64,000 nt of DNA from an uncultured Planctomycetota bacterium (GTDB lineage: Bacteria; Planctomycetota; Planctomycetia; Isosphaerales; Isosphaeraceae), in contig CAVTTN010000002.1 in the NCBI GenBank assembly GCA_963737655.1, forward strand, positions 1,792,001-1,856,000, read 5' to 3'. The position numbers were made by a program, and so were the translations under genes. Below, piece by piece: positions 1-11,382 of the stretch. A model generated the notes under the pieces. The model worked only from the letters and a program-made list of their open reading frames with translations, had not been told where the DNA came from and did not search any database. Each line of letters starts with the position of its first letter. The first letter of the stretch is position 1.

Positions 1-1
1 A

Positions 2-301
2 GAGCTCGTCCGGCTCCAGCTGGAAGTGGCCAGCGTCGAGGCGCAGGTCGAGAGCGCCACGGCCCGGGTCCAGTCCCGGACCCAGGAGAAAAACGACCTC
101 CTGAAGGAGAGGCGGATGGAGGAAGGGCGGGTGGCCGAGCTCAAGGACGAGAACACGCGGCTCCGCGGCGAGCTGAAGGGCATGCAGGATCAGTTCCTGG
201 GCACGATGGACGACAACCGGAAGATGGCCCAGAAGCTCCTGAACCGGCCCTCCACGGCCAACGCCCCCCGAACCCGGCTGGGCAGCCTGATCGCTCGCTG
301 A
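2..301 (+). CDS. C-terminal part of a coiled-coil protein (5' truncated by the window)
   Basis: Frame is open from the window edge to TGA at 299-301; heptad-like E/K/R/Q/L-rich sequence; followed by a strong hairpin. Confidence 0.7.
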   Translation, partial: ELVRLQLEVASVEAQVESATARVQSRTQEKNDLLKERRMEEGRVAELKDENTRLRGELKGMQDQFLGTMDDNRKMAQKLLNRPSTANAPRTRLGSLIAR

Positions 302-343
302 CCGCCCGTTTGGCCGGCCCCTCCGATCGATCCGCAGAGGAAA

Positions 344-379
344 GAGGCCCGGCCCGGACGTTGATCCGGGCCGGGCCTC
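344..379. terminator. Probable bidirectional terminator hairpin
   Basis: GAGGCCCGGCCCGGA-cgttga-TCCGGGCCGGGCCTC, a perfect 15-bp stem between convergent genes. Confidence 0.7.
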
Positions 380-410
380 GCGAATTTTCGGGGGCGAACC
401 GGGCCGGCGA

Positions 411-611
411 TCAGCCCGGGGCCGGCAGTGGTTCGAGGCCCTGGACGGCCTTGCCCGAGGCGGGCTTGACCGAGGCTGGTGTTGTGGGCAAGGGGGGCGG
501 CGCGGCCCCCTTCGGCGGTGTCGCGGCCTGGGGGCCTTCGGCGTCGCAGCCCAGCAAGGCGCCCAGGGCGAGCGAGGCCAGCCCGAGGCGAGCGGTTCGA
601 GGGGCGTTCAT
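411..611 (-). CDS. Small Pro-rich lipoprotein (66 aa)
   Basis: MNAPRTARLGLASLALGALLGC has a basic N-terminus, hydrophobic core and lipobox LLGC; lies directly downstream of a DUF1559 gene, a usual planctomycete arrangement. Confidence 0.7.
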   Translation of the reverse strand: MNAPRTARLGLASLALGALLGCDAEGPQAATPPKGAAPPPLPTTPASVKPASGKAVQGLEPLPAPG

Positions 612-649
612 CGGCGCGGGCCTCCGTCGAGGGGAAGGGATCGGTCGGG

Positions 650-1714
650 TCAGTACGAGCCGTTGTCGATGATCTCGCCGCCGGCGCGGGTGGCGAGCTT
701 CCGGTACACGCCGTGGGTCATCTGGCCGTTGTTGGGGTTCGGGCCGCCGACGACCTGGATCGAGTCCTTGAGGAAGTGGACGGTGCCGTCCCCGAACAGG
801 AAGTTCGCGCCCCCGGGATGGAGGCTTCGGAAGCCCCACTGGCCCATGTTCTGATAGGGCGTGCTCGCGTTGACGAACCAGTAGGGGCCGTTCGTGGAGT
901 CGGCCGGGAGGTCGGGCAGGAGCATCGGCGCATTGGGCCGGGGCATCGTCGAGGCCATCGCCTGGACCCGGCTCACGCCCGGGGTGTTCGACCCGTACCA
1001 ACCGGCGTTGGTCCAGAAGTTGAAGACGGTGTCCGGGTCGTTGTGGAACCGCGACATCTCGCCCACGAAGAGGGTGTTGCTCGTCCCATCGACCACGTCC
1101 GCGACTCGGTAGCCGAAGTCGTAGCCGAACATCCCGTCGGGCGGGATCGAGGGGGACGTGGCGTTCGGGCAGCCGTACCACCAGTGCCAGATGTCCGTGT
1201 TGCCGACGACTGCCGCGTAGGACGTCTGGGAGTAGCCCGGAGAGGTCATGGTCCGGGGCGTCTGGCCGTCCGACGGGCAGAGGAAGGCGGAGATCCTCGT
1301 GCTGTAGCCCGTGCTGTTCATGGAGGCGCCGTTGACGCCGGTCATCGACCACGGCCCGCCGGAATCGGCGGCCGGGACGGAGAAGTTCAGCGAGTCGAAG
1401 ACCTGCTTCTGCTCGGAGTACGGCAGGATCAGGGCGAACATGGTGTGCTGACGCTTGTCGGCGCAGTCGGCCCCGATGCTCGGCGCGTAGCCGATCGCCC
1501 CCGGGGGGAAGATCCCGTTGGCGCTCTCGTAGTTATGGAGGGCCAGGCCGATCTGCTTGAGGTTGTTGATGCACTGGGCCCGGCGGGCCGCTTCGCGGGC
1601 GGCCTGGACCGCCGGCAGCAACAGGGCGATCAGGACGCCGATGATGGCGATCACCACGAGCAATTCGATCAGGGTGAAGCCGCGGCGCGGCCTCCTGGAG
1701 GCGTGACTTTTCAT
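650..1714 (-). CDS. DUF1559 family prepilin-type N-terminal cleavage/methylation protein with H-X9-DG C-terminal motif
   Basis: GFTLIELLVVIAIIGVLIALLLPAVQAAREAARRAQCINNLKQIGLALHNY; DGTSNT; HPGGANFLFGDG. Confidence 0.95.
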   Translation of the reverse strand: MKSHASRRPRRGFTLIELLVVIAIIGVLIALLLPAVQAAREAARRAQCINNLKQIGLALHNYESANGIFPPGAIGYAPSIGADCADKRQHTMFALILPYSEQKQVFDSLNFSVPAADSGGPWSMTGVNGASMNSTGYSTRISAFLCPSDGQTPRTMTSPGYSQTSYAAVVGNTDIWHWWYGCPNATSPSIPPDGMFGYDFGYRVADVVDGTSNTLFVGEMSRFHNDPDTVFNFWTNAGWYGSNTPGVSRVQAMASTMPRPNAPMLLPDLPADSTNGPYWFVNASTPYQNMGQWGFRSLHPGGANFLFGDGTVHFLKDSIQVVGGPNPNNGQMTHGVYRKLATRAGGEIIDNGSY

Positions 1715-1995
1715 CGAGAGGGCACTCCGGAAGGAAATCGTGGATCGGATCGGGCGGGTCGATTGTCGGGCGGGAGAGGAGGGTTTGGCGGGTTCCTGGG
1801 CTCGGTCCGCGAGGGTGCGAATCCTCCTGAAGATGAAGGACGGATAGCGTCGAGGGCGAGGCGATCGCCCCCTACCGAGTCACGGAGCTCCGCCGGATCG
1901 CGCCGGGGAAAAGCGACGAGGCCGGGGGAGACGAAGATGTCTCCCTCGGCCTCGTCGGAGGGGCCCGAGCGTCGCCGGATTGCCCGGCGATCGGC

Positions 1996-3450
1996 TTACT
2001 TGTTGTTGGCGGTCACGCCCGGCCAGTCGTCGGTGCGGAAGGGATCGACGGGGAGGCCGTCCCGGCTGTAGAGGTTGCAAACCGGGTTATCCGCCCAGGC
2101 GTAGCGGACGGCCACAGGGTCGCTCACGCCGTCGGCCGAGACTTCCACCTTGTCCTTGCCGACGATCTTCGCCTTGGCCCAGACGAACTTCTTGTCGGCG
2201 CCGGCGATGGCGAAGCCTTTCGGCTCGGGGGTGTCGAAGGCGTAGAGGCCGGGGCCGACGTGGTCGAACGTGAGGACGATCTTGTCCCCCTTCTTCTCCA
2301 TCGACTTGTAGGTCGGGCTCTGGTGGGCGATGTTGATGCCGTAGTCCTTCGCCAGGGCCCAGCGGGCGAGGCGCATGGCCACGTCCTGCTTGTTCCTGGG
2401 GTGGATGTCGCGGCCCTCGCCGATGTCGATGATCACGGCCTGGCCACTCTTGGGGAGCTTCTGGGTCATGGACTGCGCCTCGCGGAGCTCCGCCCAGGCG
2501 CTCTCGGCCGGCTCGGGCTTCTCACCCATGAAATCGGCGAGCTGGACCCAGTAGAACGAGAAGTCGCCCAGGCCCCACTCGTCCCGCCAGCTCCGGATCA
2601 TCAGAGGGAAGAGGTCGCGGTACTGGTAGGCCCGGCCGGCGTTGGTCTCGCCCTGGTACCAGATCGCCCCGCGGATGCCGTAGCCGATGGTGGGCTTGAG
2701 GACGCCGTTGTAAATGTTCGCCGGCTGCTGATTGCCGTTGTCCTTCTCCTGGCCCTTCCAGCGGTCGAGGAGTTCCTTGTACTTGCCGTCCTTCTCCAGG
2801 ACGTCCCGGCTGATCCACGCCTCGCACGCCGAGCCGCCCCAGGAGTCGTCGATCAGGCCGATGGGGACGTCCAGCGTCTGATAGAGCTGGCGGCCGAAGA
2901 AGTAGCCGACGGCCGAGAAGCCTCGGGCGGTCTGCGGGGTGCAAACTTCCCACTTGCCCTGGAAGTCGGACTTCGGCTCCTGGGTGCCGACCTGGGGGAC
3001 GGAGATCAGGCGGATCCTGGGGTACTTGGCCGAGAGGGTCTCCAGGTCGGCGTCATTGGCTCCGCCGACGTCCCATTGCATGTTGGACTGGCCCGAGCAG
3101 ACCCAGACCTCTCCCACGAGGACGTCGTCGATCTTGACCTCGTTCTTCCCCTTCACCACGAGGGTATGGGGGCCTCCGGCGGGCATGGGGTCGAGCATCA
3201 CGGACCACTTGCCGTCCTTGTCGGCCTCGACGCTCTTGGACTGGCCGGCGATCGAGACGGTGACCTTCTCTCCGGCCTCGGCCCAGCCCCAGACCTTGTC
3301 CTTCAGGTCGCGCTGGAGGACCATGTGATCGGTGAACAGGGCCGGCATCTTGACGTCTGCGTGGGCCCGATTGGGGGCGATGGCCAGGGCGGCCAGGGCC
3401 AGGCCGACGGCGATGGAACCGGCTGGGCCCGTCGTTCGGACTCGCTTCAT
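1996..3450 (-). CDS. Sialate O-acetylesterase (SASA/SGNH) family protein, secreted
   Basis: Signal peptide; [42 protein letters not shown] motifs. Confidence 0.92.
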   Translation of the reverse strand: MKRVRTTGPAGSIAVGLALAALAIAPNRAHADVKMPALFTDHMVLQRDLKDKVWGWAEAGEKVTVSIAGQSKSVEADKDGKWSVMLDPMPAGGPHTLVVKGKNEVKIDDVLVGEVWVCSGQSNMQWDVGGANDADLETLSAKYPRIRLISVPQVGTQEPKSDFQGKWEVCTPQTARGFSAVGYFFGRQLYQTLDVPIGLIDDSWGGSACEAWISRDVLEKDGKYKELLDRWKGQEKDNGNQQPANIYNGVLKPTIGYGIRGAIWYQGETNAGRAYQYRDLFPLMIRSWRDEWGLGDFSFYWVQLADFMGEKPEPAESAWAELREAQSMTQKLPKSGQAVIIDIGEGRDIHPRNKQDVAMRLARWALAKDYGINIAHQSPTYKSMEKKGDKIVLTFDHVGPGLYAFDTPEPKGFAIAGADKKFVWAKAKIVGKDKVEVSADGVSDPVAVRYAWADNPVCNLYSRDGLPVDPFRTDDWPGVTANNK

Positions 3451-3661
3451 GGGAGGACGTTCCTCGGGGTGGGTGGGGCGTCGATCTCGGCGGCCTCGCG
3501 AGCCGGCCCGATCGGCGGGGGACCGGCGGCGCCGATCGCAGCACTATAACCCGGGGAACCGCCGAGTAAACGGGGTCGTGGATCGTGGGACGAAGGAACC
3601 GCCCGACGGGAGGGGGGCCGGGACTCGTCGGCCGATCCTCTTCCCGCCGGGGCGAGAACGT

Positions 3662-4531
3662 TCAGGCGAGGACCGGGCGGGACTCGCGACGCTCGGCGCG
3701 CCGGGCCTGCGATTTGGGCGTCTCCTGGTCCTTCGGCGGCGGTTCGGCGGCCTTCGGCGGCTCGGCCTTCTCCGGGGCGTCGGCCGCCTTTGGCTCCTCG
3801 GCTTTCGGCTCCTCGCCCTTTGGGGTGTCCGCGGCCTTGATCGACCGGGGGGTCAGGATGACCTTGCCATCCTTGACCTCCAGAGACGAAATCTTGCGGA
3901 TCATCTCCCGGTTCTTCTCTTCCTTCATGTACTCTTCGGCCAGGTTCTGGTTCGTCAGCGAGGTCTTGAACTGCGGGGGCAGGTCCTTGCCCTTGACCTC
4001 GATCGAATCCATCCGCACGTCCAGGACATCGTTGATCAGGGACACGCGGAGGACGGCCGTCCCGTTGATGTAGCGACCGACGAGCTCCTTGCTGAGGTTC
4101 AGGGCCCCCAGCGGGAAGCTGATGTCGGCCTTGATCTTGCTGCCGTCGATCGAGACGTGGGCCTTGCCCTTCATGTCGGGGTTGTCGTCGATCATGGCGT
4201 TGAGGTCCTCGGCCGTCAACACGATCGGCTCGGCGGGCTTGCCGGCGTTCACGGCCTCGCGGAAGGCATCGACCCTTTGATGGAGCTGCTCTCGCTCGGC
4301 CTCGGGCATCGTGACCGGGGGCATCGCCATCGGGGCCGGCTCGCTGTACTCCTTCAGCGTGTTGACGCCGTATCGGTAGAGGAAGTAGCCCCCCGTCACG
4401 ACGGCGATCGCCCCGACGACGAAGAGGATGATCAGGGTGATGCAGCCCCAGAAGAAGCAGCCCCGGGACTTCTTCTCGGGGACGGAGGGGCCCTTGGTCG
4501 GCTCGGCGTAGAACATCGGGTCGTTGGACAT
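3662..4531 (-). CDS. Single-pass membrane protein of unknown function
   Basis: MSNDPMFY...KKSRGCFFWGC followed by a TM helix; Pro/Lys/Glu-rich tail. Confidence 0.75.
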   Translation of the reverse strand: MSNDPMFYAEPTKGPSVPEKKSRGCFFWGCITLIILFVVGAIAVVTGGYFLYRYGVNTLKEYSEPAPMAMPPVTMPEAEREQLHQRVDAFREAVNAGKPAEPIVLTAEDLNAMIDDNPDMKGKAHVSIDGSKIKADISFPLGALNLSKELVGRYINGTAVLRVSLINDVLDVRMDSIEVKGKDLPPQFKTSLTNQNLAEEYMKEEKNREMIRKISSLEVKDGKVILTPRSIKAADTPKGEEPKAEEPKAADAPEKAEPPKAAEPPPKDQETPKSQARRAERRESRPVLA

Positions 4532-4770
4532 CGTCGGTCTCGGAAAGGCGGGGGTTCGGTGGCGGCGCCCGCGACGGATTGTCGCGACCGGGCCGCCGAC
4601 CGGCAAGATGGCGGCGACGGCCCTCGCCGGGGAATTCGCCGATCGGGCGAGAATCTTCTCGGGACCTCGGGCCGATGGGTCCGACGGCGTTGTCAGCCCC
4701 TCGGCGATCGCGTACCCTGGGGGCGGGCCGATGGCCCCTCTCCGCCCCGAATCGTCCCGAGCCTCTACCG

Positions 4771-5292
4771 ATGCATCGGATCTTCCTCGCCCTGGCCGTG
4801 ACCGTCGGGACGCTCCTGGTCGTCAGCTTCGGCTCCGGGTTCCTCGTGCCGACGGGCCGGGGCGGGGCCCTGCACGACGTCCATTTCCTCCTCTCTCTGA
4901 TCACGACGATGGGCGTCCTGCTCGTCCATTCCGTGGCGTTCACTTACTTCCTCGGGACGGGGAAGTGGGTCAAGGAGGTCGTCCGGGTCTACCGGCTGCC
5001 GGAGTGGGTCCACTCGCAGGCCCTGAAGAACAAGAGGAAGGCGTTCCCGTTCGAGCTGGGGAGCATGCTGTTCATCGGGGCGGCGGCGTGGCTGGGGGGG
5101 GCGTCGGACACCCGGGCGAACTTCGACCCGAACTGGCACCTCGGCGCTTCGGCCATGGCCCTGGCGTTCAATCTCGGATCGTTCTTCGTCGAGTATGCGG
5201 CGATCGTGGCGCAGGCCCGGCTGTTGATCGAAGTCAAGGACCAGGCGGACCGCCTCCGAGAGGCCCAGGCCGCCGGCCTGACCGGGGCGTGA
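4771..5292 (+). CDS. Four-TM hypothetical membrane protein
   Basis: MHRIFLALAV start; four hydrophobic segments with His residues in the helices. Confidence 0.75.
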   Translation: MHRIFLALAVTVGTLLVVSFGSGFLVPTGRGGALHDVHFLLSLITTMGVLLVHSVAFTYFLGTGKWVKEVVRVYRLPEWVHSQALKNKRKAFPFELGSMLFIGAAAWLGGASDTRANFDPNWHLGASAMALAFNLGSFFVEYAAIVAQARLLIEVKDQADRLREAQAAGLTGA

Positions 5293-5328
5293 TGGAGAGA
5301 GCCTCCGCGTCGAGGGGATTCATCGCCG

Positions 5329-6524
5329 ATGTCGCCTCTGGTGGTCGTGGTCCTGATCGTCCTGGTGGATTTGCTGGGGTTCACCATCGTGATGCCGTTG
5401 CTCCCCCCCTGGGCCGGTCCCGGGGGTATTCGCCGGAGCAGATCGGCCTGCTCTTCGCGGCGTACCCGATGTGCCAGCTCGTCGCCGGGCCGATCCTCGG
5501 CCGGCTGAGCGACCGCTTCGGCCGTCGGCCCGTCCTGGCGATCAGCCAGTTCGGCACGGCCGTCTCGTTCGTGATCCTGGCCCTCTCGACCAGCTTCCCG
5601 ATGATGCTCCTGGGCCGGATGCTCGACGGCGCCTCGGGCGGGAACATCCTGGTGGCCCAAGCCTACGTGGCCGACGTGACGAAGCCCGAGCATCGCTCGA
5701 GGAGCCTCGGCCTGATCGGCGCGGCGTTCGGGATCGGGTTCGTCCTCGGTCCGTTGCTCGGCGGGTTCCTCGTGGAATTGCCGGTGGCCGAGGGGTGGCG
5801 GCTCCGCCTGCCGTTCCTCGTGGCGGCCGGGTTCTCGACGATCGCCTGGATCCTCGTCCTGACCAGCCTCCCCGAATCGCTCTCGAAGGACGGCCCGAGG
5901 ACCGAGGCCCGCGTCCTGTCGTGGCGAGGGGTCGCCGACACCCTGTCCGACGGCCGCGTCGGCGGCCTCGTGACCCTGGGAGGGCTCACCACGCTGGCAT
6001 TCGCCGCCCTGGAAGGGACGTTCAGCGAGTTCCTCGGCATGCGGATGGGCCTGAAACCGCGGGAGGCGGCGTACAGCTTCGCCGGGCTGGGGTTCGTCAG
6101 CGCCTGCATCCAGGGCGGGCTGATCCGCCGCCTCGTCCCCCGGTTCGGCGAGCCGAGGCTGATCCTGGCCGGGATCGCGATCTCGGCGGCCGGGTTCGCG
6201 ACGATGGCGAATGTCTGGAACGCGCCGATGCTCGTCCTCGCGATCCTCTTGACCGGGATCGGCACCGGCCTGACCGCGCCGAGCGTCCAGGGCCTGCTCT
6301 CGAAGTCCACCCCGGCGAGCGAGCAGGGGGCCGTCTTCGGCACGCTCACGTCGGCACAGACGCTTGCGAGAATGATTAATTATGCCCTGGGGGGATATCT
6401 CCTGGCGAAGCTCGGGCCGTCCGGGCCGTACTGGGAGGCGGCCGGAGTGGCCCTCCTGGCGCTGGGGCTGGCCGTCGCGGTCGTCCGGCGTCGAGTCGTC
6501 GAGCCGGTGGCCTCGGGAGCTTGA
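5329..6524 (+). CDS. MFS transporter, TetA/DHA1-like (frameshift at the C-run ~5403-5409)
   Basis: TM1 LIVLVDLLGFTIVMPLL lies in one frame; GRLSDRFGRRPVL, AYVADVT and GFVLGPLLGG lie in the next. The start could be the ATG at 5292. Confidence 0.88.
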
Positions 6525-6547
6525 GGACGAGACTTTAGCAAGCCGCC

Positions 6548-8842
6548 TCAGAGAGGGCCGCCGATCGAGTCCGGATCGGTATAGCCGTAGCGGAGGAGGA
6601 TCGCCCGGAGGGCGTCGGGACGCTGGATCGCGATCTCGACGGCCTCTCGGACGGCCTCGGGTCGGATTCGCAAGAGGGTCTTCGCGCGGTCGGGATAGCG
6701 ATTCATGAGGTCCATCAGGCGTTCGGCGCCCGGGTGGCCGGCGACCGGCTCGCGGCGGGCGATCCGGTCGCCGGCGGCCCGGAGGCCCTCGGGGTCGGAC
6801 TTCGCCCAGTTGAGCAGATCGGGCTGGACTCCGAGCCGGCCCGAGGGCGTGAGGCCGTCGCCCCAGAGCCGGGCCAGCGGCTTCAGGTAGGTTCGCACCC
6901 ACTCCGGGGATCGCGGCGGAGGGGGCTTCGAGGTGTCCCTGCGGTCGAGCAACAGTTGCAGGGCCCAGGCCCGCGAGTGCGCCTCCGGGTCCGCGACCGT
7001 AGCCACGCGGAGGCCGCCGAGCTGCCTCGGGCGGAGCGCCCACCACGGCTTCATCGCAAAGAGGAGCCGGGAAACAGCGTCGGCCTTCGAGTCGTGCGTC
7101 AACAGGATTGCGAATGGGAATGAATCGACCGGTGGCGAGATCTCCAGGTCGCCTCGGAGGACGCCCAGGGATTGCTCGTCTTCCAGGACCATGACCGGGT
7201 TCGACTGCCCGTTGACGAAATCGAGCTTCGCGCCCTCGGGCAACTTCTCGTTCAGGTCCGAGTATGCGTCCGTTGTGAAGGCGTCGTACCAGTACGAGAG
7301 CTCGAAGCCCTCTCGCCAGGCGCCTCGGGGGCCACCGATGAAGGCGTTGTAATACGAAAGCTCGAACGGGTGGATGCGAACAAGGTCCACGGCGGCCGGA
7401 GCGAGGACGAGGAGGGCCAGGGCCGGCGTGGCCGAGCGATGGCGGAGGAGCTTCGCCAACCCAACCGTTCCCCACCCGGCGAACGCGGCGAGGAAGGCGA
7501 ACGCGGGGAGGAACAGCCGGACCCCGTCGTGGGCCGGAGTCTCGAACATCCTCATCACGGGGAGGGTCGCGAGGTTCAGGAGGAAGAACTTCGGCAGGTC
7601 CTCCCGCCACGGGGCGAGGATCAGGCCCGCCACCGCCGTAACGAGGATCGTCGCCGGGACCGTGATGGCGATCAGGACCCAGGCATTCGGCCAGGGGAGC
7701 GAATATTCGTAATTCTGCCCGAAATAGAGGACCTGGATGTCCGGGAGGACCCCTCGTCGGGTCGTCGTGATGGCGTAATAGTGGGCGAGCCGGGGGAGGG
7801 CCTCGCGCCACCACGCCGGGTTGCCCAGCCACGCCACGGCGGGGGCGAATGCCAGGAGCGCCTCCCACATTTCCAGCCCCGGGCGCTCCCGGCCCCACAC
7901 CGGATTCCCCTTGAGGAGCCGCCCGATCGCTCGACGGACCAGCCACACGCCCAGGGGGCACAGGAGGAAGGCGCCGGGCATCCAGGTCGAGGGGTGATCG
8001 CGGAAGAGGTCGGTCCTCGCGGGCGTGCGGAGGCCGGGATTCAGCCCCATCGCGACCTGGATCCTCAAGAATTCCTCGCTCAAGCGGCGGACTTCGAGAT
8101 AGGCGACCGCCAGAGGGGCCAGCAAGGCGGCCGAGGTCACGAGACCGTCGATCCAGGCGGCCCGATCGGCCTTGCGGAGGCGGGCGAGGACGAGCCATCC
8201 CAGGATCGGCAGGACGACGAGGACCGCGCCCATCTTCTCGACGAACGCCAGGCCCAGGAGGACGCCCGCGAGGACCCGCCACAGCCCGGCGCCCTCCTCG
8301 GTGATCCCCTTCCACGCCGCGAACGACGCCGCCACCCAGATCAGGAGGCCTGGCGTGTCGGTGTCGATCAGGTGGGCCTGGCCGTAGAGCCGAGGCATCA
8401 GCAAGAGCGAGCCGGCCGCGATCGCGCCGACCCACGGGCCCGATCGCCTCGCCAGGAACCCGAAGAGGAGGGCCACGGTCGCCGAGAATTCGAGGACCGA
8501 GGCCATCCTCCTCGCCGGGATGTCCTTCAGGAAGCCGCCGAAAAGTTCATACGTGAGCAGGTTTAACTGGCCGCCCAGGGGAGGGTGGAAGTTGATCCCG
8601 TGGCGGCCGTAAGGCCAGTAATAGAGCAGGGCGTCCGGGTCGAGGATCGCGTCGAGGTCGGCCGACGACCGGGCCTCCGCGAGCCTTTCCCACCACTGGA
8701 CCGAGACCATCTGGCTATGGCGATAGGCCGGCTCGTCGTAGGTCAGGCCGAAGTCGGCGACGGTCGGGGCTGTCGCGACCAGGGCGACGAGGAAGGCGCC
8801 GATCGTCGCGATCTGCCACGATCGGCCGGTCAACCCATTCAT
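6548..8842 (-). CDS. GT-C fold glycosyltransferase (ArnT/PMT, GT39/GT83-like)
   Basis: TYDEP and HPPLG motifs, many TMs, HDGVRLFLP, LSYYN...GG. Confidence 0.85.
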   Translation of the reverse strand: MNGLTGRSWQIATIGAFLVALVATAPTVADFGLTYDEPAYRHSQMVSVQWWERLAEARSSADLDAILDPDALLYYWPYGRHGINFHPPLGGQLNLLTYELFGGFLKDIPARRMASVLEFSATVALLFGFLARRSGPWVGAIAAGSLLLMPRLYGQAHLIDTDTPGLLIWVAASFAAWKGITEEGAGLWRVLAGVLLGLAFVEKMGAVLVVLPILGWLVLARLRKADRAAWIDGLVTSAALLAPLAVAYLEVRRLSEEFLRIQVAMGLNPGLRTPARTDLFRDHPSTWMPGAFLLCPLGVWLVRRAIGRLLKGNPVWGRERPGLEMWEALLAFAPAVAWLGNPAWWREALPRLAHYYAITTTRRGVLPDIQVLYFGQNYEYSLPWPNAWVLIAITVPATILVTAVAGLILAPWREDLPKFFLLNLATLPVMRMFETPAHDGVRLFLPAFAFLAAFAGWGTVGLAKLLRHRSATPALALLVLAPAAVDLVRIHPFELSYYNAFIGGPRGAWREGFELSYWYDAFTTDAYSDLNEKLPEGAKLDFVNGQSNPVMVLEDEQSLGVLRGDLEISPPVDSFPFAILLTHDSKADAVSRLLFAMKPWWALRPRQLGGLRVATVADPEAHSRAWALQLLLDRRDTSKPPPPRSPEWVRTYLKPLARLWGDGLTPSGRLGVQPDLLNWAKSDPEGLRAAGDRIARREPVAGHPGAERLMDLMNRYPDRAKTLLRIRPEAVREAVEIAIQRPDALRAILLRYGYTDPDSIGGPL

Positions 8843-10500
8843 CGCTTGACCTCGTCGTCAGGGAAGGCCCAGATCAGGGGGACGCCGAACTTCTCGACGA
8901 GGACGCATCGCGGGCCGAGCCGGGCGATCAAGGCGCGATCGATCGGGCCGAGCGCCCCGGGCCGGTTCTGGACGACGTACCACGCCGGAGGGCCCGGATC
9001 GATCGGGAAGAGGCCGAATTCCATGACGCCTTCGCGACGGAGGTAGACCCAGGACGTCGGGAACGTGGCGAACCGAACGGTCCGGCCCGATGGAGTCTCC
9101 CGGGCGAGGCGGTCGAGGGCGTCTCGCGAGAGGGCGTCCCAGAAGTACGTCGGTTCCATCCCCAGACGCACCGCGCCGGGCAATCCGCCGACGATCGGGC
9201 TGAAATACGAGAGCGGGACCGGCCAGATCAGGACCAGGCTCACGACCGCCTCGCCGATCGCGGCCACGACCAGCGCACGGCCCCACCGCCCCCATCGCGA
9301 CGCAGCCAGAGCGGCCCCCTCGCCGGCCATGAGCGCCAGGCAGCCGAAGGCCGGGAGGAACTGGCGGATGCCGTCGTGCCCCGGGGTGTTCGGCAACGCC
9401 CTCAACGCGAGCAAGAACGCCCAGTTCGCCAGGGCCAGGGCGGGCAAAGGGTCGGCCGAGAGGCGGGCCCTGAGAGTCCGGGCCGTGCCGATCAGGGCCA
9501 GGACCAGGAACAGGACGGGCGATGCCAGAGTGGTCCAGACCAGCGTGTTGTACGGCGGGAGCGACTGCTTGGGCGTCTGGTAGATGGTCCCGAGGAACTG
9601 GATCGGGATCGGGATCGTCCGCGCCCTGGACAGGTTCGAGCGGAAGAACCGCTCGACTCCGGCGATCGGATCGGGCCACCACGGCGGGTTGAAGGCGTAC
9701 AGCGTGGCGAGGGCGATGGCCCCGCCGACGGCCAGGGTGCCCAGGCCGCGACGGCTCCTCGTCAGGGCCGTCCAGACGAGGAAGGGCAGGGGCAGGAACC
9801 AGCCGGTTAGCTTCGTGTCGGCGGCCCAGCCCAGGAATAGGCCGAACAGGACGACCGAGCCCCATCGAGGTCCCTCGACGGCCCGGGCGAAGGCGAGGAT
9901 CGCCCCGACCCACAGGGCCGAGAGCAGGGCGTCATACGTGGCGTAATGCCCCAGGGCAAACATCTGCGGCGAGAGGACCCAGGCTCCCATGGCCGCCGAG
10001 GCCGACCACGGCCCGGACCTTTTCAGGAACGCTCCGAAGATCGCCCCGGCCGCGAGGCTGAAGGCGATCATCGGCCCGAGGCGGGCCCGGGGCAGTGGCG
10101 CCCAGCCTGGGGCGAGGACGTCGCCGACCATCCCCACGAGGGCGTAGAACGGAGGGTGCCCGTGCGGTTCCTCGCGGCCGAAAGGCCAGAACCAGGCGAG
10201 GTTGCGCGGCGAGAAGAGTCTCGGCCGGGTGTTGATCTCGGGGGCCGTCGGCGGCCTCATCGTGTCGTCCACGAGGCCGTCCAGCGGCTTCGGCGGGACC
10301 CACGAAGCGGAGAACTCCTCGGGGTCGCGCAGGGCCCGGAACCAGAGGCGAATCCGGGCCTCGCGACCGAGCGTATACCCCTCGTCCCAGCCCATCGCCA
10401 GGCCCGGCTCGGTGGCGACCATCAGGGCGAATGTCGCGAGGGCCGCGACGATCGGGGCGACGACCATCGGCCATCGGCGGGTCTTGGGGCGCTCGGCCAC
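8839..10500 (-). CDS. GT-C fold glycosyltransferase (paralogue of the adjacent gene)
   Basis: GWDEG, GHPPFY, HDGIRQFLP, LSYFSPIVGG; 4-bp overlap with the downstream gene. Start (GTG 10500) uncertain. Confidence 0.82.
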   Translation of the reverse strand: MAERPKTRRWPMVVAPIVAALATFALMVATEPGLAMGWDEGYTLGREARIRLWFRALRDPEEFSASWVPPKPLDGLVDDTMRPPTAPEINTRPRLFSPRNLAWFWPFGREEPHGHPPFYALVGMVGDVLAPGWAPLPRARLGPMIAFSLAAGAIFGAFLKRSGPWSASAAMGAWVLSPQMFALGHYATYDALLSALWVGAILAFARAVEGPRWGSVVLFGLFLGWAADTKLTGWFLPLPFLVWTALTRSRRGLGTLAVGGAIALATLYAFNPPWWPDPIAGVERFFRSNLSRARTIPIPIQFLGTIYQTPKQSLPPYNTLVWTTLASPVLFLVLALIGTARTLRARLSADPLPALALANWAFLLALRALPNTPGHDGIRQFLPAFGCLALMAGEGAALAASRWGRWGRALVVAAIGEAVVSLVLIWPVPLSYFSPIVGGLPGAVRLGMEPTYFWDALSRDALDRLARETPSGRTVRFATFPTSWVYLRREGVMEFGLFPIDPGPPAWYVVQNRPGALGPIDRALIARLGPRCVLVEKFGVPLIWAFPDDEVKR

Positions 10501-10576
10501 GGGCAATCCTCGGGGTCGGGGCCCCGTCCCTCCGCCCGAGGGGGGACCGGGGCCCGTCCGGAGATTGTCGCCGATC

Positions 10577-11089
10577 CTAGCCGGCCGAGGCAACGAGTGC
10601 ACCTTCCTCGACCTGCTCCGCCCTCGGCTCCGGCTCGACCGAGCGGATCAGGGCGACCTCGTGGCACGAGGGGAACAGAGGGCAGCGGACGCACTCGTTC
10701 CAGATCTTGTGGGGCAGCTCGGACTTCTCGATCCGGTGATACCCGCACTTCTCGAAGAACTCGGCCACGTACGTGAGGGTGAAGACCGTCCCGATCTCCA
10801 ACTCCCTGGCGGCGTCCCAGCACCTCTCCACGAGCTTCCGCCCAACGCCCCGGCCCTGGGCCTTCTCGGAGACGGCCAGGCATTTGAGCTCGGCCAGGTC
10901 GTCCCAGAAGACGTGGATCGCGGCGCACCCGAGGATCGAGCCGTCGTCATCGACCGCCACGAGGAACTCGCGGATCGACTCGTAGAGTTCCCCCAACGAA
11001 CGGCGGATCATCAACTTACGATCGGCGAACGTGCGGATCAGGTCGCAGATGGCCGGCACGTCACCAACCCGGGCGGGACGGATGTTCAA
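10577..11089 (-). CDS. GNAT N-acetyltransferase, short ArgA-like (amino-acid N-acetyltransferase)
   Basis: LYESIREF, LAELKCLAV, QGRGVG, VFTLTYVAEFF, LPHKIWNECVRCP; TTG start inferred. Confidence 0.85.
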   Translation of the reverse strand: MNIRPARVGDVPAICDLIRTFADRKLMIRRSLGELYESIREFLVAVDDDGSILGCAAIHVFWDDLAELKCLAVSEKAQGRGVGRKLVERCWDAARELEIGTVFTLTYVAEFFEKCGYHRIEKSELPHKIWNECVRCPLFPSCHEVALIRSVEPEPRAEQVEEGALVASAG

Positions 11090-11382
11090 TCGAGGAACCC
11101 CCAAGCCCCGGGCCGAGGCCCGGGCGTTCTTGCCAGATCGTCCGGCGACGGGGGACGACCCCCGGCCCCTCGCGGACGAACGGATCATTTTATCGGCGAC
11201 AGGGGGGGAATCAAGCGACATTTCCGATCCAATCGACATGGGCTTGTGCGACCGCGGCCGAGAGCTTCGGTCGGTCACGGAGGGCGGCCGAGGGTATCTT
11301 TTCCATGTCCGATCGAGCAATATGCTGCGATCCCCAACTCGGCCCATCCTTCAGGTTCCACGATCCGGCCCGGAGTCGTCCC